26,902 nucleotides of DNA from an uncultured Pseudomonadales bacterium (GTDB lineage: Bacteria > Patescibacteriota > Microgenomatia > UBA1400 > PJMF01), in assembly GCA_964635585.1 (NCBI GenBank), contig CAZWOQ010000001.1:1-26902 (forward strand), read 5' to 3'. Under the pieces are notes generated by a model. The model did no database searches. It was not told where the DNA came from and saw nothing but the letters and a program-made list of their open reading frames with translations. Shown in pieces: positions 15,202 through 23,541 of this stretch; the stretch's first letter is position 1; each line of letters begins with the position of its first letter. The position numbers were made by a program, and so were the translations under genes.

Positions 15202-15279
15202 AGAGAAATTCAGTTGACTTTTAGGAGCGAACAGTAAAAAGTTACAGAACTTCAAATTACGGAAAAAAAGAAGGAATCT

Positions 15280-18200
15280 ATGTCGCATAGCACCACTCGC
15301 CAAAACTGGGGCCAAAAGCACCAAATTTTACCAAAGCTTGACTTAACGAAATTACAAAAAGAAAGTTATCAAGAATTCTTGGATTCCGGAATTGGTCTCG
15401 CCCTGCAAGAAGTTAACGGCGAACGTGGCATTGAAGATTTCACTGGGAAAAACTGGTCTCTGAAATTTGGTAAATATCGTTTTGGTGAGCCAACTCACAC
15501 TCCTGAACAAGCAAAATCAAAAAATATTTCTTATGATTTTCCTCTTTATGTCGAAGCCACTTTGCTGAATAAGCGTACTGGCGAAGAACGAACGCAAGAG
15601 GTCTTTTTGGGCGATTTGCCTCGTATGACCCAAACGGGTACTTTCATCATTAATGGTATTGAGCGTGGTATTGTGACGCAGTTGGTTCGTTCTCCTGGAG
15701 TTTTCTTCATGGGTGAAGAGGACGCAGTGAGTAAACGTTTGCTTTACAAGGCAGAATTCCGGCCAATGCGTGGTTCTTGGTTGGAAATCAATATTAGTCG
15801 ACGCAACGTGATTACGGTCAAAATTGATCGCCGCCGCAAGATGCCTGTTACGGTGTTGTTGCGCGCTTTTGGTTTTGAAACTACTGATGAAATCGTAGAA
15901 ATGTTTGGGGAAGTTAGTAAAAAAGATAAGTACGACTTGTTGGCAAATACTTTGCAAAAAGATTCTACGACCAATCAAGCGGAGGCTTTAATTGAAATCT
16001 ACGAAAAGATGCGACCTGGTGAGCCAGCAGTTTTGGAAACGGCCAAAGAATTTTTGAAAAATATGTTCTTTGACGCTCGACGCTATGATTTGGGTGAAGT
16101 TGGTCGTTATAAAGTGAATCGCCGTCTGAAAATTGACGTTGATCAAAAGAATACAGTTTTGGATCCAAAAGATTTGGTTGCAACCATCAAATATTTAGTT
16201 GCTTTACAAAATGGTGAAGGAAAAGTTGACGATATTGACCACTTGTCAAACCGCCGCGTGCGCTGTGTGGGTGAGTTGATTGAAGGCAATGCTTTCCGAA
16301 TTGGTCTAATCCGTTTAGAGCGATCTATCCGTGAAAAAATGTCTCTTACCAAAACTGATGAAGTGCTTACGCCTTCGGCTTTGGTGAATGCGCGACCCTT
16401 AATTGCTGCTGTTTCGGAATTTTTCCGTCGAAACCGTTTGTCTGCGATTTTGGATCAAACGAATCCTTTGTCTGAAGTTGATAACTTACGTCGTCTTTCT
16501 GTGATGGGAACTGGTGGTGTGACTCGTGAGCGGGCCAGTTTCTCGATGCGTGATATTAATGCTTCACAGTATTCAAGAATTTGTCCAATTCGTTCGCCAG
16601 AAGGTCCAAACATTGGTTTGGTGACGTATTTGGCTCTCTACACTCGAGTGAACAAATATGGCTTCTTGGAAGCACCTTACCTTAAGGTAGAAAACCTCAA
16701 GGGAAAGATGCACATCACTGATGAAATTGTGTATCTTAGTGCTGACGAAGAGGAAGATTATCACATTACTCACGCGAGTATCGATATTGATGAAAAGGGT
16801 TACATTACCCAAGATTGGGTGCCAATGCGTTATCGCAATGAGTTCATTGAAGGTTCCGCTGAAGAAGTTGAATACATCGACGTGGTGCCTCGCCAAGTGG
16901 TGGGAAGCAGTGCTTCCTTGATTCCTTTTGTTGCTCACGATGAAGCGAACCGTGCTTTGATGGGTTCTCATATGCAGTGTCAGGCTGTGCCTTTGGTTTG
17001 TCCTCAGGCACCAGTGGTGGGTACTGGTATGGAACATGACATCGCTGTAGCGATGGGCCGAACGATTTTGGCTCCATTTGCTGGAGAGATCACAGTGGCT
17101 GATGGTACTCAGGTGCGTTTGAAAGTGGCCAAAGAGGACCAAGAAAAAGCAAAAAGCTATGTGGAAGCTGCAGAAAATGAATTGATTCACTACACAAAGG
17201 GTGAAATTGTTTTCTCACTTTCGAAGTATTTACGCACTTCTCAGAGTACTTGTTTTTCACAGCGACCAGCGGTGAAGATGGGACAAAAAATCAGTAAGGG
17301 TGACGTCTTGGTTGATGGCCCAGCAACTGATGAGGGTGAATTGGCTCTTGGTACAAACTTATTGATTGCTTATATGGCTTTCAATGGTTTGGGCTATGAA
17401 GATGCTTTGGTTATTTCTGATCGTTTGGTCAAAGATGATGCTTTGACTTCAATTCAGATCAGTGAACATAAAGCGCGGGTGATGGATACTCGCTTAGGAC
17501 CAGAGGAGTTGACGAATGATATTCCCAATGTGAGTGAGACATTTTTGTCAAACTTAACTTTGGATGGCATTATTCGTATTGGAAGTCACGTAAAATCTGG
17601 CGATATTCTCGTCGGAAAAGTTGCTCCAAAAGGTGAAACCGAGCTTTCTCCAGAAGAGCGTTTACTGAGAGCTATCTTTGGTGAGAAATCCAAAGAAGTT
17701 CGTGATACTTCCCTGCGCATGCCTCATGGTGAAGAAGGGGTAGTCATTGATGTTCAGGTTTTAGACCGTGACCTTGGTGACGAACTCGATCCCGGTACGA
17801 TCAAAGAAGTGATCGTAAAAGTTGCCGAGATGCGGAAGATCACTGTCGGTGATAAGTTAGCTGGACGCCATGGAAACAAGGGTGTTATTTCTAAGATTGT
17901 GCCTGCGGCTGACATGCCTCACTTGGAGGATGGTACGCCCGTGGACATTATCATTTCACCACTGTCTGTCTTGGCTCGTATGAACTTAGGACAGCTGTTG
18001 GAAACGCACTTGGGTTGGGCCGCAGAAAAATTGGGCTACAAAGTGGCAGTGCCTGCTTTTGAAGAGTTTGATGAAGATAAAATCTGGCAAGAACTTGGAA
18101 AAGCTGGTCTTCCAGTCTCCGGAAAAGCGCAATTATATGATGGCCAAACAGGTGAACCCTACAACGAGAAATCGGTGGTTGGTATCAACTACATCTTGAA

Positions 18201-18732
18201 ACTGAGTCACATGGTTGAGGATAAGACGCATGCTCGTTCCACAGGGCCATACTCCTTGGTGACGCAACAGCCTTTGGGTGGTAAAGCTCAAATGGGTGGT
18301 CAGAGAGTTGGTGAAATGGAAGTCTGGGCACTTGAGGCGCATCGTGCGGCTCACGTACTCCAAGAAATGTTGACGATCAAGTCTGATGATGTTCATGGTC
18401 GCGCGAAAGCTTTTGAAGCGATTGTAAAGGGTGAAGAAATTCCTACTCCAACAGTGCCAGAGGCTTTCAAGGTGGTCTGTAAAGAATTGAATTCTTTGGG
18501 TCTGAATGTGATCGCGATTGATCCTCAGGAAGAAGAAGTCAAAGACGAAGTCAGTGAAGAAATCAAGCAAGAACTTATGGAAGCCGCAGCGAAAGAAGCA
18601 GAAGCAACACAAAGTGAAGCTGAAGCCGAATTCGACGAGGAGTCAGAACCAGAAGAAGAGACAGCTGATGATTTTGAAACTGAGGAAGACCTCATAGACG
18701 AAGAACTCAGCGATGAGGAGGAAGTCAAGTAA
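15280..18732 (+). CDS. rpoB: DNA-directed RNA polymerase subunit beta
   Basis: GTFIINGIER; DDIDHLSNRRVR; PEGPNIGL; HDEANRALMGSHMQCQAVPL; GDKLAGRHGNKG; HARSTGPYSLVTQQPLGG; GEMEVWALE. SD AAGGA upstream. Confidence 0.99.
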   Translation: MSHSTTRQNWGQKHQILPKLDLTKLQKESYQEFLDSGIGLALQEVNGERGIEDFTGKNWSLKFGKYRFGEPTHTPEQAKSKNISYDFPLYVEATLLNKRTGEERTQEVFLGDLPRMTQTGTFIINGIERGIVTQLVRSPGVFFMGEEDAVSKRLLYKAEFRPMRGSWLEINISRRNVITVKIDRRRKMPVTVLLRAFGFETTDEIVEMFGEVSKKDKYDLLANTLQKDSTTNQAEALIEIYEKMRPGEPAVLETAKEFLKNMFFDARRYDLGEVGRYKVNRRLKIDVDQKNTVLDPKDLVATIKYLVALQNGEGKVDDIDHLSNRRVRCVGELIEGNAFRIGLIRLERSIREKMSLTKTDEVLTPSALVNARPLIAAVSEFFRRNRLSAILDQTNPLSEVDNLRRLSVMGTGGVTRERASFSMRDINASQYSRICPIRSPEGPNIGLVTYLALYTRVNKYGFLEAPYLKVENLKGKMHITDEIVYLSADEEEDYHITHASIDIDEKGYITQDWVPMRYRNEFIEGSAEEVEYIDVVPRQVVGSSASLIPFVAHDEANRALMGSHMQCQAVPLVCPQAPVVGTGMEHDIAVAMGRTILAPFAGEITVADGTQVRLKVAKEDQEKAKSYVEAAENELIHYTKGEIVFSLSKYLRTSQSTCFSQRPAVKMGQKISKGDVLVDGPATDEGELALGTNLLIAYMAFNGLGYEDALVISDRLVKDDALTSIQISEHKARVMDTRLGPEELTNDIPNVSETFLSNLTLDGIIRIGSHVKSGDILVGKVAPKGETELSPEERLLRAIFGEKSKEVRDTSLRMPHGEEGVVIDVQVLDRDLGDELDPGTIKEVIVKVAEMRKITVGDKLAGRHGNKGVISKIVPAADMPHLEDGTPVDIIISPLSVLARMNLGQLLETHLGWAAEKLGYKVAVPAFEEFDEDKIWQELGKAGLPVSGKAQLYDGQTGEPYNEKSVVGINYILKLSHMVEDKTHARSTGPYSLVTQQPLGGKAQMGGQRVGEMEVWALEAHRAAHVLQEMLTIKSDDVHGRAKAFEAIVKGEEIPTPTVPEAFKVVCKELNSLGLNVIAIDPQEEEVKDEVSEEIKQELMEAAAKEAEATQSEAEAEFDEESEPEEETADDFETEEDLIDEELSDEEEVK

Positions 18733-18757
18733 TTTACAAAATTTTTGGAACACCTTT

Positions 18758-21700
18758 ATGAAAAACATTGTCGATTTCTCAGCTCTACAAATTAAAATCG
18801 CTTCTCCAGCCGACATAATGTCCTGGTCTCATGGCGAGGTCAAAAAACCAGAAACGATCAACTACCGCTCTCTCAAACCAGAGAAAGACGGTCTTTTTGA
18901 CGAGAAAATTTTTGGACCAAGCAAAGACTACGAATGTTACTGTGGCAAATACAAGCGCATCCGTTACAAAGGAATTATTTGTGACAAATGTGGTGTAGAA
19001 GTGACCGAATCTCGGGTCCGCCGTGAGCGTATGGCTCATATCAAATTGGCTGCTCCTGTGGCCCATATTTGGTTCTTCAAGGGCGCACCTTCGAAACTTT
19101 CTTTGTTGTTGGACATTTCTCCACGCAATTTAAACTCGATCATGTACTTCTCTCAATACATCGTTTTGGGAGTTGATACTGAAGAGCGCAAAGAAGTTTT
19201 GGATCGTTTGGAAGTGAATGAAGTCGCAGCAGCAGATCAACTGCGTGATCATGCAGAAAAATCGATTCAACAAATCAAAGATGATTTGCAAAAAGAAAAA
19301 GATGCCCTCAAAGAAAAGGTGAAAAGTAAAGAAACCTTGCAATTGAAATTGGCAGAATTGGAGTTGAAGGCCAAAAATAAAATTGCCGCCACCAAGCAGC
19401 AGCTTGAGGTGCAGTTAGAGCAAACTGATGAGATTTACAAAACCATCAAACAAATGGTGAAGAAAATCAAAGTCAAAACTGTTCTGACGGAAGATGAATA
19501 CTTGAAGCTTGATGAATATGATGCCGCTTCTCACCTGCGTGTAGGCATGGGTGCAGAGAGTGTTCTTGAGCTCGTTAAGAATGTAAATCTTGATGAAGAA
19601 ATCAAACAATTGCGTGATGAGTTGGCCGAAAGTAAAGGAGCCAAAAAAGCGAAAGTAATTAAGCGCTTGCGCGTCGTGGAAGGTTTCAAAAAAGCTGCGA
19701 TTGATCCAGCTTGGACCTTCATGACGGTTTTGCCAGTGTTACCTCCAGATTTGCGTCCAATGGTGCAACTTTCTGGTGGCCGTTTTGCCGCTTCCGATTT
19801 AAATGATCTGTATCGTCGCGTTATTAACCGAAATAATCGTTTGGCGCACTTGATTCATTTGGGAGCACCTTCGATTATTTTGCGTAACGAAAAACGCATG
19901 CTGCAGGAAGCGGTTGATGCTTTGATTGATAGTTCTCAAGCCAAACAAAATCGCCGCCGCAGTACTCGCCGACCACTTCGCTCACTTTCTGAGATGCTTC
20001 GAGGAAAGACTGGTCGTTTCCGTCAAAACCTTTTGGGAAAACGGGTCGACTATTCTGGTCGAAGTGTGATTGTGGTGGGTCCAGAATTAAAACTCAATCA
20101 ATGTGGTTTGCCAAAAGATATGGCTTTGGAAATGTTCAAACCTTATGTTTTGCGTGAACTCATTGTTCGAGGCATTGCGCCAAACGTTAAGAGTGCTCGT
20201 CACTTGGTTGATCGCCGAGAATCTGAGGTCTACGCCGTTTTGGAAAAAGTGATTGAAAATCACCCAGTGCTTTTGAACCGTGCTCCAACTTTGCATAAGT
20301 TAGGTATTCAAGCTTTCTATCCAGTTTTGATCGAAGGCAATGCCATCGCTTTACATCCTTGTGTTTGTTCTGGTTACAATGCTGACTTTGATGGTGACCA
20401 GATGGCTGTTCACGTGCCTTTGACCAAGCAAGCGCAAGAAGAGGCAATTGAACTGATGATGGCGAACCACAACTTGTTGAAACCAGCAAACGGTGAGCCA
20501 ATCACGGTGCCAAACAAAGACATGGCTTTGGGTTCGTATTACTACACCAGCTTTGATGAGCGCATTGAGAAATTCCCCAGTGTTTTGGGTAGTCAAGATG
20601 AAGCGATTCACTTGTACCAAACCGGTAAATTGCAATTACGTCAACGAGTGACCTTGATGATGGAATTGGCCGGGAAAGAACAGCTGGTTGAAACCTGTGT
20701 TGGTCGTTTATTGTTCAATGCAGTTTTGCCAGAGAGTCTTCGCTTTATCAATGAGCCAGTCAACGCTAAGAAGATCAAACTGATCGTGACGCGCGCGATT
20801 GAAATGGAAGAGACCCAAGTGGTAGCAGACATGATTGACGCAATCAAAGATCTTGGTTTTGCGGCCGCAACGAAGTCAGGTCTTTCTGTCTCGGTGACGG
20901 ACTGTGGCATGATTGATGAAAAAGATCAAATCATTGACACCGCCAACCAAAAGGCTGAATTGATTAAAGATAATTATCTGCAAGGTTTGATCACTGATGA
21001 AGAACGTCGTCGTCAATCCTTGGATGTTTGGATTAAGACCACTGATGAATTGGCTGAGAAAACTTGGGAAACCTACACGGATGACAATTCGGTCAAATTG
21101 ATTATCGATTCTGGTGGTACCCGTGCTTCCAAAGATCAGGTCAAACAGCTGGCTGCAATGCGTGGTTTGGTGGTTGATCCTTTGGGAAACATTGTGGAAA
21201 TGCCTACCAAGTCGAACTTCCGTCAGGGTTTATCAATCTTTGAATACGTGACTTCGGCTCGTGGTTCTCGAAAAGGTCTGACCGACTCAGCTATCAAAAC
21301 TGCTGATGCTGGTTATTTGACTCGTCGTTTAGTGGACGTCGCTCATGATGCCATTATTCGCACTGAGGACTGTGGCACGACCGAAGGAGTGGAAATCAAG
21401 CGTGAACCACGCAAAGATGTTTTCTACCAGAGAATTCTTGGTCGCTATACCACGAAGGAAGTGAAAGCTGGCAACAAGGTTTTGGCTGCTGCTGACAGTA
21501 TGATCACGGATGAAGTGGCCCAAACAATTGTGGCTTCTGACGTTGATTCCGTTTTTGTTCGTTCGCCATTGACTTGTCGTTGTACGAAGGGACTTTGTGC
21601 GAAATGTTATGGTTGGGATTTCTCTACCCGCAGCAATGTGGAAATTGGTGTCCCAGTCGGTGTGGTTGCCGCTCAGTCTATTGGTGAGCCAGGTACGCAG

Positions 21701-22447
21701 TTGACGATGCGAGTGAAACACTCGGGTGGTATTGTCGGCTTGGACGTGACTCAAGGTTTGCCTCGCGTAGAAGAATTACTCGAAGCAAGAAACCCCAAGG
21801 TGCAGGCAATCATTGCTCATTTCGCTGGTAAAGTGAAAGTTGAGGAAGCGGAAGCAGAACACGTGGTGACGATCAAAGGTCAAGCCGGTGAAGAGGAGAG
21901 TTATCACATTCCTTCGACTGTTACGCTTTTGGTCAAAGACAAAGATCTGGTTGCGATGGGTCAAGAACTTACGCCAGGCGGCATCAACGTTCAAGAGATG
22001 TTGCAATTGGTCGGTTTGATTCCCACTCAAGCTCACATTATTGATCAAGTGCAAGCAGTCTATGAATCTCAGGGTATTGCGATCAATGACAAGCACTTCG
22101 AAGTAATTGTGCGCAAGATGGGTGATAAACTGCAGATTGAGATGCCTGGTGACACTGACTTCCTAGTCGGTGAAGTGGTTGAGCGAAGTCGCTTCATGGA
22201 TGTCAATGACAGCGTTATGGCTGCCGGTGGTGATCCAGCTACAGCTCGAGTTTTACTCTTGGGTATTACTCGTTCTTCTCTGTTTACCAGTTCTTGGTTA
22301 TCAGCGGCTTCTTTCCAACACACCAAGCATGTTCTGACCGATGCTTCTTCAGAAGGGGCAGTCGATTACTTGGAAGGTTTGAAGGAAAACGTCATTATTG
22401 GACGTTTGATCCCAACCAGCGAAGAAAGAGCTCGTTTGAGCAAATAA
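18758..22447 (+). CDS. rpoC: DNA-directed RNA polymerase subunit beta' (1229 aa from ATG 18758)
   Basis: Zn finger CYCGKYK...CDKC; RFRQNLLGKRVDYSGRSVI; catalytic YNADFDGDQMAVH; GYLTRRLVDV; QSIGEPGTQLTMR; LKENVIIGRLIP. Confidence 0.99.
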   Translation: MKNIVDFSALQIKIASPADIMSWSHGEVKKPETINYRSLKPEKDGLFDEKIFGPSKDYECYCGKYKRIRYKGIICDKCGVEVTESRVRRERMAHIKLAAPVAHIWFFKGAPSKLSLLLDISPRNLNSIMYFSQYIVLGVDTEERKEVLDRLEVNEVAAADQLRDHAEKSIQQIKDDLQKEKDALKEKVKSKETLQLKLAELELKAKNKIAATKQQLEVQLEQTDEIYKTIKQMVKKIKVKTVLTEDEYLKLDEYDAASHLRVGMGAESVLELVKNVNLDEEIKQLRDELAESKGAKKAKVIKRLRVVEGFKKAAIDPAWTFMTVLPVLPPDLRPMVQLSGGRFAASDLNDLYRRVINRNNRLAHLIHLGAPSIILRNEKRMLQEAVDALIDSSQAKQNRRRSTRRPLRSLSEMLRGKTGRFRQNLLGKRVDYSGRSVIVVGPELKLNQCGLPKDMALEMFKPYVLRELIVRGIAPNVKSARHLVDRRESEVYAVLEKVIENHPVLLNRAPTLHKLGIQAFYPVLIEGNAIALHPCVCSGYNADFDGDQMAVHVPLTKQAQEEAIELMMANHNLLKPANGEPITVPNKDMALGSYYYTSFDERIEKFPSVLGSQDEAIHLYQTGKLQLRQRVTLMMELAGKEQLVETCVGRLLFNAVLPESLRFINEPVNAKKIKLIVTRAIEMEETQVVADMIDAIKDLGFAAATKSGLSVSVTDCGMIDEKDQIIDTANQKAELIKDNYLQGLITDEERRRQSLDVWIKTTDELAEKTWETYTDDNSVKLIIDSGGTRASKDQVKQLAAMRGLVVDPLGNIVEMPTKSNFRQGLSIFEYVTSARGSRKGLTDSAIKTADAGYLTRRLVDVAHDAIIRTEDCGTTEGVEIKREPRKDVFYQRILGRYTTKEVKAGNKVLAAADSMITDEVAQTIVASDVDSVFVRSPLTCRCTKGLCAKCYGWDFSTRSNVEIGVPVGVVAAQSIGEPGTQLTMRVKHSGGIVGLDVTQGLPRVEELLEARNPKVQAIIAHFAGKVKVEEAEAEHVVTIKGQAGEEESYHIPSTVTLLVKDKDLVAMGQELTPGGINVQEMLQLVGLIPTQAHIIDQVQAVYESQGIAINDKHFEVIVRKMGDKLQIEMPGDTDFLVGEVVERSRFMDVNDSVMAAGGDPATARVLLLGITRSSLFTSSWLSAASFQHTKHVLTDASSEGAVDYLEGLKENVIIGRLIPTSEERARLSK

Positions 22448-22457
22448 CGTTATTAAG

Positions 22458-22497
22458 TGGAAAAAACAGGGAGCATGTGTTAAAATTGCTCCCTGTT
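22458..22497 (+). promoter_or_regulatory. Putative rpsL promoter whose extended -10 is the loop of an 11-bp inverted repeat
   Basis: TGGAAA, 17 nt, TG-t-TAAAAT (22481-22486). Arms are AACAGGGAGCA (22465-22475) and TGCTCCCTGTT (22487-22497). Confidence 0.55.
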
Positions 22498-22519
22498 AGA
22501 AATTTAGAATACAGAAATT

Positions 22520-22933
22520 ATGCCAACCATAAACCAACTTATTAGAAAAGGCGGACGGAAAAAGAGAGTTGCACGCGTCAAAGCGACCGCGCTGCGCCGG
22601 AGTTTTAACTCCGTGATTAACCGTCCAGTCGACACCTTTAGCCCGCTGAAACGAGGTGTTTGTACTGTGGTGAAAACCATGACCCCAAAGAAACCTAACT
22701 CCGCTCTTCGTAAAGTGGCGAGAGTACGTCTTTCTAATAAAGTTGAAGTCACCGCTTACATTCAAGGTGAAGGCCACAACCTGGCTGAACACAGTATTGT
22801 TTTGGTTCGCGGTGGCCGTGTCAAAGACTTGCCAGGTGTGAAATATCACATCGTTCGTGGCAAATTTGACTGTGCTGGTGTGGTTGATCGCAAGACCAGC
22901 CGCAGTAAATATGGGGTGAAAAGAGCAAAATAA
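22520..22933 (+). CDS. rpsL: 30S ribosomal protein S12
   Basis: MPTINQLIR; [17 protein letters not shown]; [13 protein letters not shown]43 and K88 equivalents are wild-type. Confidence 0.99.
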   Translation: MPTINQLIRKGGRKKRVARVKATALRRSFNSVINRPVDTFSPLKRGVCTVVKTMTPKKPNSALRKVARVRLSNKVEVTAYIQGEGHNLAEHSIVLVRGGRVKDLPGVKYHIVRGKFDCAGVVDRKTSRSKYGVKRAK

Positions 22934-22945
22934 AGGGAATTGAGT

Positions 22946-23422
22946 ATGAGAACCAAGAAGGCACAAGTTCGAGAAACTGAAAAAGACGCAAAGTACGGTT
23001 CAAGCACCGTACAAAAAATTATTAATCGCTCCATGATCGATGGCAAAAAATCTGTTGCCCAAAAGCAAGTTTACCTTGCTTTAGCAATGGTGGAAGAACA
23101 AAGCAAGAAAAAGGCTTTAGATGTCTTACAAGAGGCATTAGAAAAAATTAAGCCTCAAATGGAAGTACGTTCCCGTCGAGTAGGTGGCGCTTCTTACCAA
23201 GTGCCAATGCCGGTTCGTGGACGTCGAGCCAGTTCTTTGGTGGTCCGTTGGTTGGTGACTGAAGCCAACAAACGCCCCAATAAGCAATATCACAGCTATG
23301 CTGAGAAATTAGCAGCTGAAATTTTGGATGCTTTGCAAGAGCAAGGTGGAGCAATCGAGAAGCGCAATACTTCGCACCGTATGGCCGAAGCCAATAAAGC
23401 TTTCTCACATTTCCGCTGGTAA
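22946..23422 (+). CDS. rpsG: 30S ribosomal protein S7 (ATG 22946 preferred over TTG 22940)
   Basis: DGKKSVAQ; VRSRRVGGASYQVP; HRMAEANKAFSHFRW. Confidence 0.98.
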   Translation: MRTKKAQVRETEKDAKYGSSTVQKIINRSMIDGKKSVAQKQVYLALAMVEEQSKKKALDVLQEALEKIKPQMEVRSRRVGGASYQVPMPVRGRRASSLVVRWLVTEANKRPNKQYHSYAEKLAAEILDALQEQGGAIEKRNTSHRMAEANKAFSHFRW

Positions 23423-23473
23423 AATTGAGTACAAAAGTGATTCGTTTTACGGGCTTGCTCCGCAATTCGGCTT

Positions 23474-23502
23474 TTGAAAAATGCCTCTCGGCAACATACA
23501 AT
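23474..23502 (+). promoter_or_regulatory. Internal sigma70 promoter for fusA
   Basis: TTGAAA (23474-23479), 17 nt, TACAAT (23497-23502), within a 119-nt intergenic gap. Confidence 0.6.
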
Positions 23503-23541
23503 AGAATCTTGTTAAAAAAGAGAGAAAAATAAAAGGTTTTT

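Noticed and set aside
7697-18757. ORF-track starts at 7697, 8107 and 18713 (also 228 and 22940)
   Set aside because: They are longest-ORF artefacts. Homology, SD position or promoter position support 7757, 8164, 18758 and 22946, and an rnj start upstream of the window.
22938-23431. 9-mer AATTGAGTA repeated just after the rpsL and rpsG stop codons
   Set aside because: There are only two copies of a short AT-rich word and no shared structure. This is not distinguishable from chance without comparative data.
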